A stretch of 64,000 bases of DNA from Longimicrobiales bacterium (GCA_965202805.1 OZ241869.1:2304001-2368000), one strand, 5' to 3'; positions 47,200 through 57,250 are shown, numbered from the stretch's first letter. The notes: generated from the letters alone by a model not told the origin. A program made the numbers and translations.

Positions 47200-48717
47200 T
47201 CAGCGCGAGGGACGGGTACCGGGGACCGCCCCGGGCATCGCTCCAGCCTCGCCCGGCGGGGGCCCGTGCGAGCCCGGCATCTCGCCACTCGAATCCGGCA
47301 TCTCTCGATGCGAGGCAGGCATCCCGGCGCCTGGCATCATCTCGTCCATACCGGGCTCCTCCCCGGACTCCGCGCCGCTCAAGAGCTGCGAGATCGCGGC
47401 CTTGAGGTTGGCGTCGGCGTCGATGAGGAACTGGGACGAAACCAGAACCTGCTCTCCCGGGGCCAGCCCGGACGTCACCTCCTGCATCCCTTCGCTCTCG
47501 GTTCCGAGCAGGACCTCGCGCGGCTCGAACACGCCGCCGCCCCTGGCCACGATCACGACGGCGCGCGTTCCGCTGTGAAGCACCGCCTCGGCGGCCACCA
47601 TCACGGCGTCGGATGCGCCCCCGCCCCGCGCCGTCACATCGACGTACATGCCGGGCCGGAGCCGGAGGTCGGCGTTGGCCACCTCCACGAACGCCGTGAG
47701 CGTCCGCGTCTGGGTATTCAGCGCGGGACGAAAGAAGAGGATGCGCCCGTCCCATTGCCGGCCCGGGAACGCGTCCGCCTCGATTTCCACGGCCTCGCCT
47801 TCGCCCACATGCCTGAGATCGTCCTCGTAGAACTCGGTCTCGGCCCAGAGCGTGGAGTGGTCGGCGACCTTCAGGACCGTCATCCCGGGTTCGATCCGCA
47901 GCCCCTCCATCGAGTCGCCCATCTTCTCGACGATGAAGCCGGTGGCGGGCGAAAAGACCCGCACCGTGCGCGCGACCGTCCCCGATTCGGCGAGCGCGTC
48001 GATCTGCGCCTCGGTCATGTCCCAGTAGAGCAGGCGCTCCCGGGTCGCCTCCAGGAGGGACTCCGCGCGCTCGATCGCCTCCGCGTAGGCCCCGCCGTCC
48101 CTCAGGCGGCGGAGGTAGTCCATCGCCCCCGTGAACTCGCGTTGGGTCGTGACCAGCTCCGGGCTGTAGATCTCGAAGAGCACATCGCCCCTTTCGACGG
48201 TCTCGCCCACGTTGTTGACGCTTGCCTTCTCGATCCAGCCCGCGTACTTGGTCTGGACCGAGACCACCCGCTCCTCGTTGTGCGCCAGGATGCCGACCGT
48301 GCGGATGAAGACGGGGAGCGAACCGCGCTGCACGTCGGCCGTGCGCACGGCGAAGTTCTGCAGGAAGCTCGGGCTCACCCGGACCTGGCCGTCCGCGAGG
48401 CCTTCGTCCTCGTAGACCGGCACCAGATCCATCCCCATCGGCGACTTGCCAGGGCGGTCCGACGTGTAGTTCGGGTCCATGGGCGCTCGCCAGTAGAGTA
48501 TCCTGCGCTCACCCCTGCCTCCGGAGGTCGCTGCATCGGCGCCGCCCGCTCCGGCTTCTCCCGGGGATGCGTGGTCCCCGCTCACTCCGGCTCCGGGCGG
48601 TGTCCCGGTCATGGGCTCGCCCGGCACGATGCGTATAAGAAGCAGCGTCCCGCCCGCGCCGATCACCGCGCCCAGCGCCACGATTGCCGCGAACTGAAAT
48701 CTCCTTGTGTTCCTCAT
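47200..48717 (-). CDS. cusB: CusB-like periplasmic adaptor with heavy-metal-binding domain and Met-rich C-terminal tail
   Basis: YWRAPMDP...KSPMGMDLVP, IYSPEL, LRPGMY, QFLIDA. Confidence 0.88.
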   Translation of the reverse strand: MRNTRRFQFAAIVALGAVIGAGGTLLLIRIVPGEPMTGTPPGAGVSGDHASPGEAGAGGADAATSGGRGERRILYWRAPMDPNYTSDRPGKSPMGMDLVPVYEDEGLADGQVRVSPSFLQNFAVRTADVQRGSLPVFIRTVGILAHNEERVVSVQTKYAGWIEKASVNNVGETVERGDVLFEIYSPELVTTQREFTGAMDYLRRLRDGGAYAEAIERAESLLEATRERLLYWDMTEAQIDALAESGTVARTVRVFSPATGFIVEKMGDSMEGLRIEPGMTVLKVADHSTLWAETEFYEDDLRHVGEGEAVEIEADAFPGRQWDGRILFFRPALNTQTRTLTAFVEVANADLRLRPGMYVDVTARGGGASDAVMVAAEAVLHSGTRAVVIVARGGGVFEPREVLLGTESEGMQEVTSGLAPGEQVLVSSQFLIDADANLKAAISQLLSGAESGEEPGMDEMMPGAGMPASHREMPDSSGEMPGSHGPPPGEAGAMPGAVPGTRPSR

Positions 48718-50057
48718 GATCCCTCCTCGTCCGGAGACGATGCTCCGTCCTCGGGAAAGGGCGATCCGATGGCCCGCTCCATGTCGGCCAGCGTCTTCAT
48801 GTAGTCGGCCCGCATGCGCGCGAGGCCGAGGCGGACGTCCAGCAGGACGGATTCGCTGTCCAGCAACTCCAGCACGCCCGTGACGCCCGCCGAGTACGCC
48901 TCCTCGGTCGCGCGCAGCGCCTGCTCCGCCTGGGGGAGCAACGCGCGTTCGAAGAGGGCCAGCTGCCCCTCGATGGTGGCAAGCCGGAACGCGGTCGAGC
49001 GGACGGCGAACGCCACCTCGTTGACCGCATCCCGGTACCCTTCCTCCGCGGCCGATAGGCGCGCGGCGGCTTCGCGCATGCCCGCGTCGTAGCTCGACCT
49101 GAAGACGGGAATGCTCGCGCCCAGGGTGAGGCTGTAGGTATCGCGTCCGTTGTCCGGGGGCGGATCGGTGCGGCCCGGATCGTCGCGCCGGTCGAGCACG
49201 CTCCCCCAGGCGACGCCGATGGAGAAGTCGGGCCGGTACCGGCGACGCGCGAGGCGCACCGCCCGCTGGCCGCTCTCGATCCGCAGGCGCGCCGATCTCA
49301 CCTCCGGCCTGACGCCGACGCCGGCCGCCCGCAACCGCTCATCGTCAACGCTCGCCAGCAGGGGCTCCCCGAGCTCGATTATCGGGATGGGGGCGTCCAC
49401 CGGCCGATTCGCGAGGATGTTGAGCGCCGCTTCGAAGTCGGTTCGCTGCTTAACAAGCGTTTGCCGTGAGCTGAGGACGCGTGTCACCTCCGCCTGGAGC
49501 TTGAGCACCGCCTGCTGCTGCCCGAAGCCCTGCGAGTAGCGAGCCTGCGCCAGGGTTTCGTAGTGGAGGAGGAGCTGTTCCTCTTCGCCGGTGATGCGGA
49601 GGGCTTCATCGAGGTACGCGAGGTCGTAGTAGGCCAGCTTGACCTGCCGCACGACTTCGGCCCTCTGTTCCCGATATGCCTCGCCGCGACTCTCGGCCTC
49701 GGCCTTGGCGATGTCCCTTCGGTCCGAAAGCGTCCCGAACCAGGGGAATGCCTGGCTGAGCGATACGCCCGACGTCTGCGGCCCAACCCGGGTCTGGGGG
49801 CCCCGCAGGTGTTGGGTGAAGGCAACCATCGGATTCGGCAGGGCTGCGGCCTGCGGGATGCGGGCGCGCGCGGCCTGCGCCTCCGAGAGCGCCCCGCGCA
49901 GGCGCGGGTTACTCTCCAGTGCGTCCGCGATGAGCGCGGCAAGCGTGGGATCGCCGTTGTTCGCATGGGTCGGCGTCTGCGCGGTGGCGCCCGCCGGGCC
50001 CAGGGGATCCGAGGTCGCGATTGCCAGCGCAACCGCCAGGATCCGCTTGATAGACAT
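48714..50057 (-). CDS. TolC-family outer membrane factor of the cus operon
   Basis: Signal peptide; ALPNP, SQAFPWFG, VKLAYYDL, YRPDF, ELLDSE; overlaps the cusB start. Confidence 0.88.
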   Translation of the reverse strand: MSIKRILAVALAIATSDPLGPAGATAQTPTHANNGDPTLAALIADALESNPRLRGALSEAQAARARIPQAAALPNPMVAFTQHLRGPQTRVGPQTSGVSLSQAFPWFGTLSDRRDIAKAEAESRGEAYREQRAEVVRQVKLAYYDLAYLDEALRITGEEEQLLLHYETLAQARYSQGFGQQQAVLKLQAEVTRVLSSRQTLVKQRTDFEAALNILANRPVDAPIPIIELGEPLLASVDDERLRAAGVGVRPEVRSARLRIESGQRAVRLARRRYRPDFSIGVAWGSVLDRRDDPGRTDPPPDNGRDTYSLTLGASIPVFRSSYDAGMREAAARLSAAEEGYRDAVNEVAFAVRSTAFRLATIEGQLALFERALLPQAEQALRATEEAYSAGVTGVLELLDSESVLLDVRLGLARMRADYMKTLADMERAIGSPFPEDGASSPDEEGS

Positions 50058-50254
50058 GTGTACCTCGCCATCAGGATGTCGACAGGTCCCGTGAGGGGAT
50101 GGCCGGGCGCGAGGCTGCGGTTCCGAAGGGAGCGGGACCGTGTGCTGCGCCGTACGGGCCCACGACCAACTGCGGGAAACGCCACCGGCGGGTGCGGCGG
50201 CGCGCGCGAGTCAGGCGGCCTTCACGGGTTGCGCCCCGAACGGAGCGCGGACGG

Positions 50255-50722
50255 TCAGGCGTGGTGGCGAGGCGGGGGCGTTTCCACGCCCATCGAGACC
50301 GCGACGGGGATGGGCGCGATGTAGAGGTTCGCCCGGACGGAAACGGCCGGGACGCGAGCCAGGATGGTCGCTCGCACGGTGCGCGCGGAGGCGGCGCCGC
50401 AGGACGCCAGGATCATCAGGCACCCGCCGCCGTCGCCGTGGTGCTCCCCGTGCGGGGCCGGCGTCGTGTCCCCGGTGGAGAGGTCGTGGTGGCGGGTGGC
50501 CGGCGGGGCGGGCGGGCGGGTCGGGTCGTGGTGCGCCGGCGCGCTCGCGTGGGGGTCGGGGTCGCCGGTGCGGTGCGCGGGATCGCCGGCCATGGGTGCG
50601 GAAGCGAACGTGCGCGGGGCGGCGTCGAGCATGGGCGTGGACGCACCCATGTCACAATGAACCGCGGCCAGTTGGGACCAGGACAGGGCCGCGAGGGCGA
50701 ACAGAGCTGCGGAGCGGCGCAT
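50255..50722 (-). CDS. His/Cys-rich small exported or leader protein upstream of cusCBA; start uncertain (50722-50761)
   Basis: N-terminal hydrophobic stretch, HCDM, many His, CLMILASC, C-terminal ETPPPR. Confidence 0.65.
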   Translation of the reverse strand: MRRSAALFALAALSWSQLAAVHCDMGASTPMLDAAPRTFASAPMAGDPAHRTGDPDPHASAPAHHDPTRPPAPPATRHHDLSTGDTTPAPHGEHHGDGGGCLMILASCGAASARTVRATILARVPAVSVRANLYIAPIPVAVSMGVETPPPRHHA

Positions 50723-50773
50723 GAGAGCAATGTGCATGGCGCAATGCCGGGGCGTCAACAAGGCCGCCCCGGG

Positions 50774-51361
50774 TCAGCCTCCGCCCCCCGGAAGGTACTT
50801 CGCCGGAATCGGGTGGTCGGGCCCCTCGCCGAGCCAGAAGATCGACACCAGCCACCAGCGCGACCCGTCGTTCATCAGTTGAATCGAGTTGATGCCGCGC
50901 GTGAACGGCTCGGGGTCGCTCGCGCTCCTGCGCGACTCGTAGGTGCTGAAGGCGTGCGCGATGACGCCGTACTCCTCGGTCACCCGATGGATCTCCACCT
51001 CGTGGAAGCCGTTGGCTTCGAGCGACGCGCCGGCCACCTCCGCGTACTCGTCGGGGGTGATCACTCTGCGCGCGTAGGCCGCGCCGGCGGCGGGACGTCC
51101 CACCGGGCTGAGGGTCGCGCCGGACACGAACAGCGACCGGAAGCGGTCCCAGTCGCGCGCCACGCCCGCGTCGCCGGAGATCACTTCGTAGAGGGCCGCG
51201 ATGATGGCGTCGATGGACGCGACGTCGTCCGGATCGGCGGCGGGCTGCTGCGCGGTGGCGGGGGTTGGCGCCCAGGCAGCCACGCCAGCCGCCACGACAA
51301 GGGTCGTTAGGCGTGCCAGGCAGAAGACACGGCCTGCAGGACGTGGGCGCGTAGCGGTCAT
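50774..51361 (-). CDS. Secreted NTF2-like hypothetical protein
   Basis: Signal peptide; DVASIDAIIAALYEVISG, RDWDRFRSLF, IAHAFSTYE, RGINSIQL, RWW-x-VSIFW. Confidence 0.75.
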   Translation of the reverse strand: MTATRPRPAGRVFCLARLTTLVVAAGVAAWAPTPATAQQPAADPDDVASIDAIIAALYEVISGDAGVARDWDRFRSLFVSGATLSPVGRPAAGAAYARRVITPDEYAEVAGASLEANGFHEVEIHRVTEEYGVIAHAFSTYESRRSASDPEPFTRGINSIQLMNDGSRWWLVSIFWLGEGPDHPIPAKYLPGGGG

Positions 51362-51407
51362 GGGTACCGGTCCGTGATGGGAACGCCGGGAGTCCGGCGG
51401 TTCGAGG

Positions 51408-52778
51408 CTACATGATCACCCGCCGCATGTACTGCCTGACCTTCTCCATGTACTTCTCGAAGAAGTACTTCTGGATGTCCATCATGTCGAGTTCGCGGCC
51501 CTGGATGTAGGCCTGCTCGATGTCGGTGGTCATGTCGAGCGGCGTGCCCGTCGTGATGAGGAAGGTCGCCTGCTTGCCCGGCTCCAGGGAGCCGACCCGG
51601 TCGTCGAGCCCCAGGAACTCCGCCGGGTTGATGGTCACCGCCTTCAACGCCTCGTCCTCGGGAAGCCCGAACGCAACCGCCACCCCCGCCTCAAAGGGCA
51701 GCCGGTTCGAGTACAGCGAGCCCGAGCCGCCGGAGATCGCGAAGCGGACGCCCGCCTCGTGCAGCCGCGCCGGCATCGAGTAGGCGCCGTCGTAGCCCTC
51801 GTAGTCCCGGCCGGGCGCGGCCATCGTCGATGTCAGGATCACCGGCACGTCCTCGGCGACCAGACGGTCCGCCACGTGGATGGCGTCGCGGCCGCCCCGG
51901 ATTACGATCCTGAGGTTCTCCTCCTGCGCCCAGGTGACGGCGTCGTTGATCTGCGCCGCGCCATCGGCCGCGACCACAACGGGAAGTTCCCCGTCGAAGA
52001 CCGGCATCATCGCCAGATAGCGGGAGTCGCTGCGCACCTCTTCGCCGGCGGCAACGGCGTCCCGGTAGGCCCGCGCCTCGGCGAAGAAGCCCTTGAGCTG
52101 CTGCACCTGCTCCTCGTAGCTCGGCGGTTCCTCCTGCGGCCCGAAGCGGAAGCCGCCGAAGCCGCGGAAGCGGCGGGGGTTCGGGTTCGGCCAGTTCACG
52201 TTGAGCGCGGCAGCCGACTGCATCGACATCTCCTCCCAGCTCCAGCCCTCGAGGGCCATCGCGGAAGACATGCCGGACACGAGTCCGCCGTCCGGCGTCG
52301 TGAGCGTCGTGAGCACGCCGGCCGAACGGGTCGTGCCGATGTGCCGGCTCTCGGCGTTCACCGCGATGTCCGCGCGCACATTCGGGTTGAAGTCCCCCAG
52401 CTCATTGATGTCGTTGGAGACCCCGACCGCCCCGATCTCGGCGATCCCCACGGTGCTGTAGGCGTCGATGAGCCCGGGATAGATGTGCTTCCCGGTCGCG
52501 TCGACCACGCGGGTCCCGTCCGGAATCTCCAGATCGGCGCCGACCGCCGTGATCATCCCGTTCTCGAAGAGGATGGTTCCGTTCTCGATGACACCGCTCG
52601 TCACCGTGTGAATGGTCGCTCCGCGCAGGGCCATCGGCTCGGCCTGCGGGGGGACCGTCATGCGGACCTGGGCCTCGATGGCCGCCGGCGCCCATGCCAG
52701 GAGCGCCAGCGCCGCGCAGGCGGCTCTTCCCGCCCGTGACCAGGTTCCCTTCATCGCCCGTCCCTCGATCGTCGTCAT
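51408..52778 (-). CDS. Secreted amidohydrolase-family protein with a degenerate metal site (the 55400 start in the ORF track is an artefact)
   Basis: TGATG overlap with the upstream gene; DATGKHIYPGLIDA(YST), ALKAVTINPA, VGSLEPGK. Confidence 0.85.
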   Translation of the reverse strand: MTTIEGRAMKGTWSRAGRAACAALALLAWAPAAIEAQVRMTVPPQAEPMALRGATIHTVTSGVIENGTILFENGMITAVGADLEIPDGTRVVDATGKHIYPGLIDAYSTVGIAEIGAVGVSNDINELGDFNPNVRADIAVNAESRHIGTTRSAGVLTTLTTPDGGLVSGMSSAMALEGWSWEEMSMQSAAALNVNWPNPNPRRFRGFGGFRFGPQEEPPSYEEQVQQLKGFFAEARAYRDAVAAGEEVRSDSRYLAMMPVFDGELPVVVAADGAAQINDAVTWAQEENLRIVIRGGRDAIHVADRLVAEDVPVILTSTMAAPGRDYEGYDGAYSMPARLHEAGVRFAISGGSGSLYSNRLPFEAGVAVAFGLPEDEALKAVTINPAEFLGLDDRVGSLEPGKQATFLITTGTPLDMTTDIEQAYIQGRELDMMDIQKYFFEKYMEKVRQYMRRVIM

Positions 52779-55777
52779 CAGTTTCTCTCCATCTGAGCGT
52801 TCCGGCCGCCGTTTTCCTCCACGGACAGGATGGCCTGGATCAGCTCTGTGCGTTCCTGTTCGATCCGGTCCCGCATGGCCGCGTCCTCCTCGAGCGAGAA
52901 GTACCGGCGGCCGTCGACCCACGTCTGCTCGGCGCGCGAGAACTGCGAGAGCGGGTTGCCGCTCCAGATCACGAAGTCGGCGTCCTTGCCGGCCTCCAGC
53001 GAACCGACCTGGTCGTGGATCGCCACTGCCTCCGCCGCCTGGTTGGTCACCGTCGACAACGCCTGCTCCGGGGTGAGCCCGGTGCGCAGCAGCTTGCCCG
53101 CCTCCCAGTTCATGCGGCTGGCGATCTCGCTGTTGTCGGAGTGCAGCGAAGTCACGACTCCCGCCTCGATCAGGATGCGGGCGTTGTACACCGTCGCGTC
53201 GTACGCCTCGAGCTTGAAGGCGCCCCAGTCGCTCCACACCACGGCCGCGACCCCCGACGCCGCGAGCTCGGGCGCGATCTTGTAGGCCTCGACCCCGTGC
53301 TGCAGCGTCTGGACCCGGAAGCCGAACTCCTCGGCCAGCCGGACCAGCGCGAGGAACTCGTCCGCGCGATAGCCGTGCGACGAGATGAGGAGCTCCTGGT
53401 CGAGGATGTCCAGAATCGCCTCCATGCGCAGGTCGCGCCGCGGAGGCAGCCCCTCCTGGTTCTCCTCCCATCGCTGCCACTCGCGCTCGTAGTCCCGCGC
53501 GGCCATGAAGTGGTCGCGGATGATCTCCTGCGTGCCCATGCGGGTGTCGGGATAGCGGCCCTGACGCCGCTTCGGGTTCTCGCCCAGGGCGAACTTCACC
53601 GTGCGGGGCGCGTTCTCCAACTTGAGATCCTCGGGCAGCGCCCCCCAGCGCATCTTCACGAAGACATTCTCGCCGCCGATGGGATTCGCGGAACCGTGCT
53701 TGATGTGCGCAGAGGTGAGCCCGCCGGCCAGCTGTCGGTACATCCAGATGTTGTTGTGGGTCACGACGTCGCCCATGCGCACCTCGGGGACGATCGCGAA
53801 GCCGCTTTCGTTCACCGCGCTGACGCCCGAGTGGATGTGCGGATCGATCATCCCCGGCGTGACGTGCTTGCCGGTCGCGTCGATCTCGACCGCGCCGCCG
53901 GGGGCGTCGAGATCCATGCCGACCGCTTCGACCGCCCCCGCGCGCACCAGGAGGTCGGCGCCTTCGAGGATGCCCTGCGGCCCCTGGGTCCAGACCGTCG
54001 CGTTGCGAACCACGACGGCGGCGGGCTGCTCCGGGATCGAGGTGCGCCCGTAATCCATCATGGGCCGGATGAAGGGCAGGTCGATCTCGGGCACCTCCAT
54101 CGCCACGGTACCGCGCGCCGGGCCCTCGAAGCCCTCGGTGCGGGTGCCGCGGAAGGACGGATCCGCCCCGTTGGGCAGTGAAGTCCATCCGTAGAAGTCG
54201 TCGCCGTGCACCGAACCCGACAGGAGCGCCATGCCCTGATAGCCGAGCACCTCGCCGTTGAAGCGGACGTCGAGGCGGCCGGTCTCGGCGATCGCGCTGG
54301 CCGATTCGAGCTCGACCCTTGCGCCGCCCGGCAGTTCGGGCCCCGTGCTGGCGATGTCGAGGTGGCCGCGCAGCCGGTTCAGCGGACCCTCCAGGACGAG
54401 AACGGCGTCGAAGCCCCACTCGTCGTCCGAGGCGATCTCCCAGCTTCCTCTTGGATCGATCTGGGCCGGGCGGGTCACGCCGTAGACCCTTCCCTGCACC
54501 CATACGTCGCGAACCGTCGCCTCCTCGGCGAAGAGATCGCCCTCGCTCACGATGAGGTTGGCCACCTTGCCCTCGGCGATGGTTCCGTGGGTCCGATCGA
54601 TCCCCAGCCAGGAGGCCGGCGTGGTGGTGAGCGCCGCCAGCGCATCGTCCGCCTCGAGCCCCCGCGCCACCGCGACGCGCAGATTGGGCAGAAACTCGTT
54701 CAGCGACGCAAGGCCGTCGGTCGTGATGGCGAAGCGGACCCCGGCGTCGGCCAGCTGCGCCGCGCTGGTCGGCGCCAGGTACCAGTGGCGCAGATCGGCG
54801 AGCGAGGCATCGAGCGCGGCCCCCGGATGGCCCACGTCGGGGGCGTCCGGGAAATCGAGCGGAACGATGAGGGGATCGCTGCGCCCGCGCAGCACGTCGA
54901 GGAGCCGGTACTCGAGACCGTTCCCACGGTACCACGCCTCGAGCCCGAACTCCGACGCGAGGCCATGCGCGCGCAGGTATTCCTCCTCGCTGCCCGTCTC
55001 GAAGATGACCGGCTGATCGCCGTCCGCCGCGTCTTCGAGCGCCGCCAGGGCTTCGCTGGTCTCCGGAGGCAGGAAGGCGCGGCCGCTCGACTCGTACGCA
55101 TTCCAGGCGCGCTCGTACCAGTCGGCATCCATGAACGTCTGCTTCATCAGCGCGATCGTGCCCATCGCGGAATTGGGATACGATCCGCCGAGCTCGAAGG
55201 AGCGCTGGAAGCCGATGGCCTGGGCGATGTCGGGGCGCAACACCCGGTCGCGCACGCCCTCGTCTCCGAGAGTGACCAGCGAGGCGGTGCCCCGGAAGAT
55301 GCCCTGCTTCGGGACCGCCAGCGCCGCGCCGAACCCCTGCGAGCGGAGCGCCGCGCGGCGGTCGGCGTCGTCCTGGAGGTTTCGCGTGGTGGAAAACCAA
55401 GCCCGCACCTGCGGATTCCAGTGCGTGGGGCCGATGTCACCGCCCTCCGGCACGTCGTCCATCCCCAGATCCGCGTGCGCGTCGATGAAGCCCGGGTACA
55501 CCGTGAGCCCGTCGAGATCCCACACGCGCGCGCCGGCCGGCGCGTCCCCGCCCCCGACCCCCTGGATGAGGCCATCGCGGATCACGATGGTCGCGTCGTC
55601 CATGACCTGCCCCGGCCCGGTCACCACCCGCGCCCCAACCAGGGCGTGGAACCCGGTGCCGTTGTCGCGCATGCCCTCCACCGGCTGGGTTCGGGTCGCC
55701 TGCTGGGCATCGACGCCCGTCGCCAGGACGGCCGCCAGCCCCATCGTGCCGAGTATTGCCTTCACGGAACCCCCCAT
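52778..55777 (-). CDS. Secreted two-domain amidohydrolase-family protein
   Basis: N-domain YPGFIDAHAD...GTIAEGKVAN; C-domain PGMIDPHIH, GSANPIGG, KFALGENPK, HGYRADE, GSLEAGKDAD. Confidence 0.88.
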   Translation of the reverse strand: MGGSVKAILGTMGLAAVLATGVDAQQATRTQPVEGMRDNGTGFHALVGARVVTGPGQVMDDATIVIRDGLIQGVGGGDAPAGARVWDLDGLTVYPGFIDAHADLGMDDVPEGGDIGPTHWNPQVRAWFSTTRNLQDDADRRAALRSQGFGAALAVPKQGIFRGTASLVTLGDEGVRDRVLRPDIAQAIGFQRSFELGGSYPNSAMGTIALMKQTFMDADWYERAWNAYESSGRAFLPPETSEALAALEDAADGDQPVIFETGSEEEYLRAHGLASEFGLEAWYRGNGLEYRLLDVLRGRSDPLIVPLDFPDAPDVGHPGAALDASLADLRHWYLAPTSAAQLADAGVRFAITTDGLASLNEFLPNLRVAVARGLEADDALAALTTTPASWLGIDRTHGTIAEGKVANLIVSEGDLFAEEATVRDVWVQGRVYGVTRPAQIDPRGSWEIASDDEWGFDAVLVLEGPLNRLRGHLDIASTGPELPGGARVELESASAIAETGRLDVRFNGEVLGYQGMALLSGSVHGDDFYGWTSLPNGADPSFRGTRTEGFEGPARGTVAMEVPEIDLPFIRPMMDYGRTSIPEQPAAVVVRNATVWTQGPQGILEGADLLVRAGAVEAVGMDLDAPGGAVEIDATGKHVTPGMIDPHIHSGVSAVNESGFAIVPEVRMGDVVTHNNIWMYRQLAGGLTSAHIKHGSANPIGGENVFVKMRWGALPEDLKLENAPRTVKFALGENPKRRQGRYPDTRMGTQEIIRDHFMAARDYEREWQRWEENQEGLPPRRDLRMEAILDILDQELLISSHGYRADEFLALVRLAEEFGFRVQTLQHGVEAYKIAPELAASGVAAVVWSDWGAFKLEAYDATVYNARILIEAGVVTSLHSDNSEIASRMNWEAGKLLRTGLTPEQALSTVTNQAAEAVAIHDQVGSLEAGKDADFVIWSGNPLSQFSRAEQTWVDGRRYFSLEEDAAMRDRIEQERTELIQAILSVEENGGRNAQMERN

Positions 55778-55884
55778 TTGTCACCCCTGCGTAGATCACC
55801 TCGTTTCCAAAAGCCCGACCGGTCCCTGTCCGAGCCCGACGGCGTGCGAGTAACCTTGATGACTACGCTTCCCACGGCGTCCGG

Positions 55885-57195
55885 TCAATCGGGGGTCCGG
55901 TCGTCGGAGGGCGCTCGAGATCGGCGCGGCAGGGTCCTGGGATCGGGGCCCGGCGCCCGGGCGGACCTGGGCAGCGTGTCGACGCCGACATCGGCTGCGG
56001 CCGCGGCGCGCGGGAGCGCAGCGCGGGCCTCAAGCCTCTCGATTGCGGCCGAGATCGCCTGACCCCTGGCCTCCCGTGAGTCGATGCCCCTGAGGACTTC
56101 GCGGAGCCGAGGCAACGCCTGCACGGCGTGGATTTCAGCGAGCGCGTTGGCCGCGTGCGTGGCAGCAGACCCATCGAGCGCGCCGCCCAGGGCGGCGATG
56201 ATCTCTCCCCCGTACCCACCGTCGTCCGCCTTGAGCGGTCCGCAGTCTCCGCCGAGGGCCGCGAGCACGGTGTCGGCCAGCTCCCCGGCGCCCAACTGCC
56301 GCAACGCCGTGCCGACCCTGGCCTGAATGGGCCGGCCGTCGGCCTCCCGGGTGTCTCCAAGCAGGGGGATCAGGTGGCCGATCGCATCCCCGTGCCGGAT
56401 CGCGGCGAGGGCCTCGATCGCCCGGGCCCTGAGCAGGGCGTCCTCGTCCCGGAGAACGGAAGCGAGGGCGGGAACGGCCTCGGGATCCCCGAGTCGCCCA
56501 AGCGCGGCTGCCGCGTCGCGTCGCGGCTCGTCCCCCTCCCAGAGGACAAGCTTGTCCTTGATCTCGCCTCCGGGCGCGTACAGGCGCCGGATGTGGATCC
56601 CGACATCGTCCTCGTAGGCCTCACCCTCGTGACAGACCTGCTGCAGCACTTCGGCGAAGAGGTCGAACAGGGTCCGGAGCTGCGCCAGATCCTTGATCAC
56701 CCCGGTCGACTGGAAGTGGAGTTCGTCCACGCCTGCGGGGAACTTGCTCAACCAGCCTTCATGCGCCTTGACGGACAGGCGAATCTTCGGCTGGGCATCG
56801 ATGAGGCGGCGGATTCTCTCGTTGTCGAAGAGCCGCCGCACGCGTCCGGGCGCATTGCCCTTGATCACGAAATCCTCGTCGAAGCGGGGATGGCCGACGT
56901 CGATGTCCTGCATGCCCAGCCCCTTCCCCAGCCCGCTGAAGAGGGTCGCCCGGTAAATCTCGAACCTGAAGCCCTCCGGATTGAAGTAGGGAGCGCGCAG
57001 CCGGGTGTAGGTCTGGCTCGACTTGCCGGTGCTCACCGTGAAGGTGTCGAGCGTGATGATCCAGTCGTCGGCGCGGGCCTGGACGGCGGATGCCGTGAAG
57101 AAGTCCCCTTCGTGGAACCGCCCGCCCACCTCCTGGGAGAGCTGCTGCCAGATCTCCTTCCGACTCGGGCCGAACAGGGACTTGAGGAAGCTCAT
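55885..57195 (-). CDS. Hypothetical protein: conserved N-terminal domain (DUF3137-like) fused to HEAT/PBS-lyase repeats
   Basis: LFGPSRKEIWQQL, ITLDT, YTRLRAP, GMQDIDVG-x2-RFD; repeats AAAALGRLGD, AIEALAAI, AANALAEI. Confidence 0.7.
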   Translation of the reverse strand: MSFLKSLFGPSRKEIWQQLSQEVGGRFHEGDFFTASAVQARADDWIITLDTFTVSTGKSSQTYTRLRAPYFNPEGFRFEIYRATLFSGLGKGLGMQDIDVGHPRFDEDFVIKGNAPGRVRRLFDNERIRRLIDAQPKIRLSVKAHEGWLSKFPAGVDELHFQSTGVIKDLAQLRTLFDLFAEVLQQVCHEGEAYEDDVGIHIRRLYAPGGEIKDKLVLWEGDEPRRDAAAALGRLGDPEAVPALASVLRDEDALLRARAIEALAAIRHGDAIGHLIPLLGDTREADGRPIQARVGTALRQLGAGELADTVLAALGGDCGPLKADDGGYGGEIIAALGGALDGSAATHAANALAEIHAVQALPRLREVLRGIDSREARGQAISAAIERLEARAALPRAAAAADVGVDTLPRSARAPGPDPRTLPRRSRAPSDDRTPD

Positions 57196-57250
57196 TCGGC
57201 GGACTCCCAGACGCTCATCGCGTCTTCGGCGCCCATCGCATCTTCGGGGC

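Noticed and set aside
52779..55400. 1330-aa amidohydrolase fusion or programmed frameshift
   Set aside because: The extension is an off-frame read of the upstream gene; the downstream gene has its own start (TGATG overlap) and signal peptide
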